From an uncultured delta proteobacterium (GTDB taxonomy: Bacteria; Myxococcota; UBA727; VGSZ01): DNA of 64,000 bases. The translations under genes and the position numbers were made by a program. Position 1 is the first letter of the stretch. Every line of letters begins with the position of its first letter. Location of the stretch: positions 128,001 through 192,000 of the forward strand of contig CAVZJB010000006.1 in assembly GCA_963775425.1 (NCBI GenBank), given 5' to 3'. The notes below the pieces were generated by a model that did not search any database, was not told the DNA's origin, and saw nothing but the letters and a program-made list of their open reading frames with translations. This document shows, in pieces, positions 62,426 through 64,000 of this stretch.

Positions 62426-63564
62426 GGCGTCCCCCGCGGTCGCGGCCGGGGCTGGCCCGGCGCGTCCGCCGGCAGCGCCTGCGGGGCGGCGGACGAAGGG
62501 AGGCGCACCACGAGCTCCGTGCCTGCGCTGAGGGCCTTCGGCGACTCGTCGAAGTCGGCGCTGACGGCGAAGGCCTTCTCGCGCGCGTTCGGGAGGTCGT
62601 CGTTTTCGAGGAGGTAGCCGATCTCTTGCGGGAAGTAGTCGATGGAGCTGACCGTGGCCCTGTGCTCCTCGCGAGAGCCCTGCGTGGTGACGACGACGGC
62701 GGAGCCCACCGAGAGCTCGTGGATGCGGTACTCGGGCACGAAGAAGCGCACCGCGAGCGCGCTGTCCTTCGCCACCGACATCACCTTGGTGCCGCCGGCG
62801 ATGGAGTCGCCCTTTTGCACCTTCCGGCGTTCGCGCCCGTTGAATGCGTGGCGCACGACGCCGTCGTGCGGTGCGTGGACCACGAAGCGATCTTCGTAGA
62901 AGTGGTAGGTGTCCATGTCCGAGTGCGCGCGCTTGACCGTGAGGTCCTGGTACGCCTTCTCCGCCTCGTTGGCCCGCTCCGCCGAAGCGATGCGCTGCTT
63001 GGCCGCGTCCACCTCGAAGTCCGCGATCTCCTTGCTGATGCGGTAGATCTCCGCCTGCCGCCGCGACAGCGCCCGCTCCTTCTCGACGTCGATGCGCGCG
63101 AGCTGCGCCTCGATCTCCTTCTTCTTCTCGTCGAGCCGCAGGCCGTCCACCGTCTGCTGCGCGTCGATCTTGGCCGACGCCGCCTTGGCCTCCGCCGACG
63201 AGATGCGCTGCTGGATCCAGCTCAGCGCGTCCTTGCCGCGAAAGTCGAAGCGCGCGACGACGTCGCCGGCCTTCACCGCCGTGCCGTCGGGCGCGAGCTC
63301 CACGAGCTTGCTCGCGTGCCACCACGAGTTCCAGCCGGAGATGGAAAAGCCCGCCTCGGGCCCGTAGATGTCGGTGGCGTGGGCGGCGACGGAGATGCCG
63401 GTGAAGGCGTCTGCGGGCGGCCGCTTGGACGCGTCCTCGCTCTTGTCGCTCTTGCCGCTCTTGCCGGCGGCCGCGGCGCTTTTGGCTCCGCCGCCCCCGC
63501 CGACCGCGGAGTCGCCCGCGGCGCTCGCGGCGAACAGCAAGGCGGCGGCGACGAGCACCTTCAT
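62422..63564 (-). CDS. HlyD/MacA-like periplasmic adaptor 1
   Basis: Signal peptide, PDGTAVKAGDVVARFD, coiled coil, HAPHDGVV; 4-bp overlaps with both neighbours. Confidence 0.8.
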   Translation of the reverse strand: MKVLVAAALLFAASAAGDSAVGGGGGAKSAAAAGKSGKSDKSEDASKRPPADAFTGISVAAHATDIYGPEAGFSISGWNSWWHASKLVELAPDGTAVKAGDVVARFDFRGKDALSWIQQRISSAEAKAASAKIDAQQTVDGLRLDEKKKEIEAQLARIDVEKERALSRRQAEIYRISKEIADFEVDAAKQRIASAERANEAEKAYQDLTVKRAHSDMDTYHFYEDRFVVHAPHDGVVRHAFNGRERRKVQKGDSIAGGTKVMSVAKDSALAVRFFVPEYRIHELSVGSAVVVTTQGSREEHRATVSSIDYFPQEIGYLLENDDLPNAREKAFAVSADFDESPKALSAGTELVVRLPSSAAPQALPADAPGQPRPRPRGTP

Positions 63565-64000
63565 GGCGCCCCCGCCGCGGCCGGGGCCTCGTCGATGCGG
63601 CCGTCGAGCATATGGATGGTGCGACCGGCGAGCGCGGTGGCGACGCCGGGGTCGTGGGTGACGACGACGAGCGTGGCGCCGAACATCTCGTGCACCTTGC
63701 CGAACAGCTCGAGGATGGCGCCCTGCGAGCGCGAGTCCAGCGCCCCGGTGGGCTCGTCCGCGAGGAGCATCTGCGGCTCGTTCACCAGGGCGCGCGCGAT
63801 GGCCACGCGCTGGCGCTCCCCGCCCGACAGCTCGTTGGGACGGTGGTCCATGCGGTGCTCGAGGCCGACGAGCGCGAGCAGCTCACGGGCGCGGGCGTCG
63901 CCGTCGGCCGCCGTGCCGGCGCGCTCCGGGGCATGCGGCAGGGCGCGCGCACGAGGCGGCTTTCGATATTCGAGCGGCAGCTTGACGTTTTCGAGGATGG
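63561..64000 (-). CDS. LolD/MacB-type ABC ATP-binding protein (5' end outside the window)
   Basis: ILENVKLPL..HRPNELSGGERQRVAIARAL..LADEPTGALD..VTHD; frame open to the window edge. Confidence 0.95.
   Translation of the reverse strand, partial: ILENVKLPLEYRKPPRARALPHAPERAGTAADGDARARELLALVGLEHRMDHRPNELSGGERQRVAIARALVNEPQMLLADEPTGALDSRSQGAILELFGKVHEMFGATLVVVTHDPGVATALAGRTIHMLDGRIDEAPAAAGAP

Overview
High-GC window with gene content typical of Myxococcota/deltaproteobacteria (HRDISPQN-type Ser/Thr kinase, Cys-rich Pal, (GE)n lipoproteins, TSP3-repeat outer-membrane protein). About 40 CDSs were identified. Housekeeping and transport genes: DnaJ-family chaperone, MATE, pal-cpoB, BtuF-like binding protein, CusA/CusB-like RND pair, NfeD plus two SPFH genes, aceB-aceA with a divergent RamB/ScfR-type regulator, MarR-MFS-RluA, SDR, TIGR02452 PARG-like protein, and a MacAB-like ABC operon with two adaptors. 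The dominant feature is a ~15 kb gene (~5000 aa) that fuses a tip domain, ~17 DUF11/isopeptide-type Ig repeats, two OmpA-like domains and a ~1000-aa C-terminal beta-barrel region; it is a candidate self-contained adhesin/secretion machine. Structure not visible in the ORF track includes: a diverged 72-nt copy of a gene's 3' end bracketing a ~2.9 kb sigma54-activator islet with its own -24/-12 promoter and three palindromic enhancer sites; a ~530 bp CTAG-flanked IS-derived element with a ~120 bp internal hairpin; and two related tandem arrays between convergent genes. Several single-base frameshifts suggest assembly indel errors. No rRNA, tRNA or CRISPR array was recognised. All family calls come from motif recognition by eye; no searches were run.
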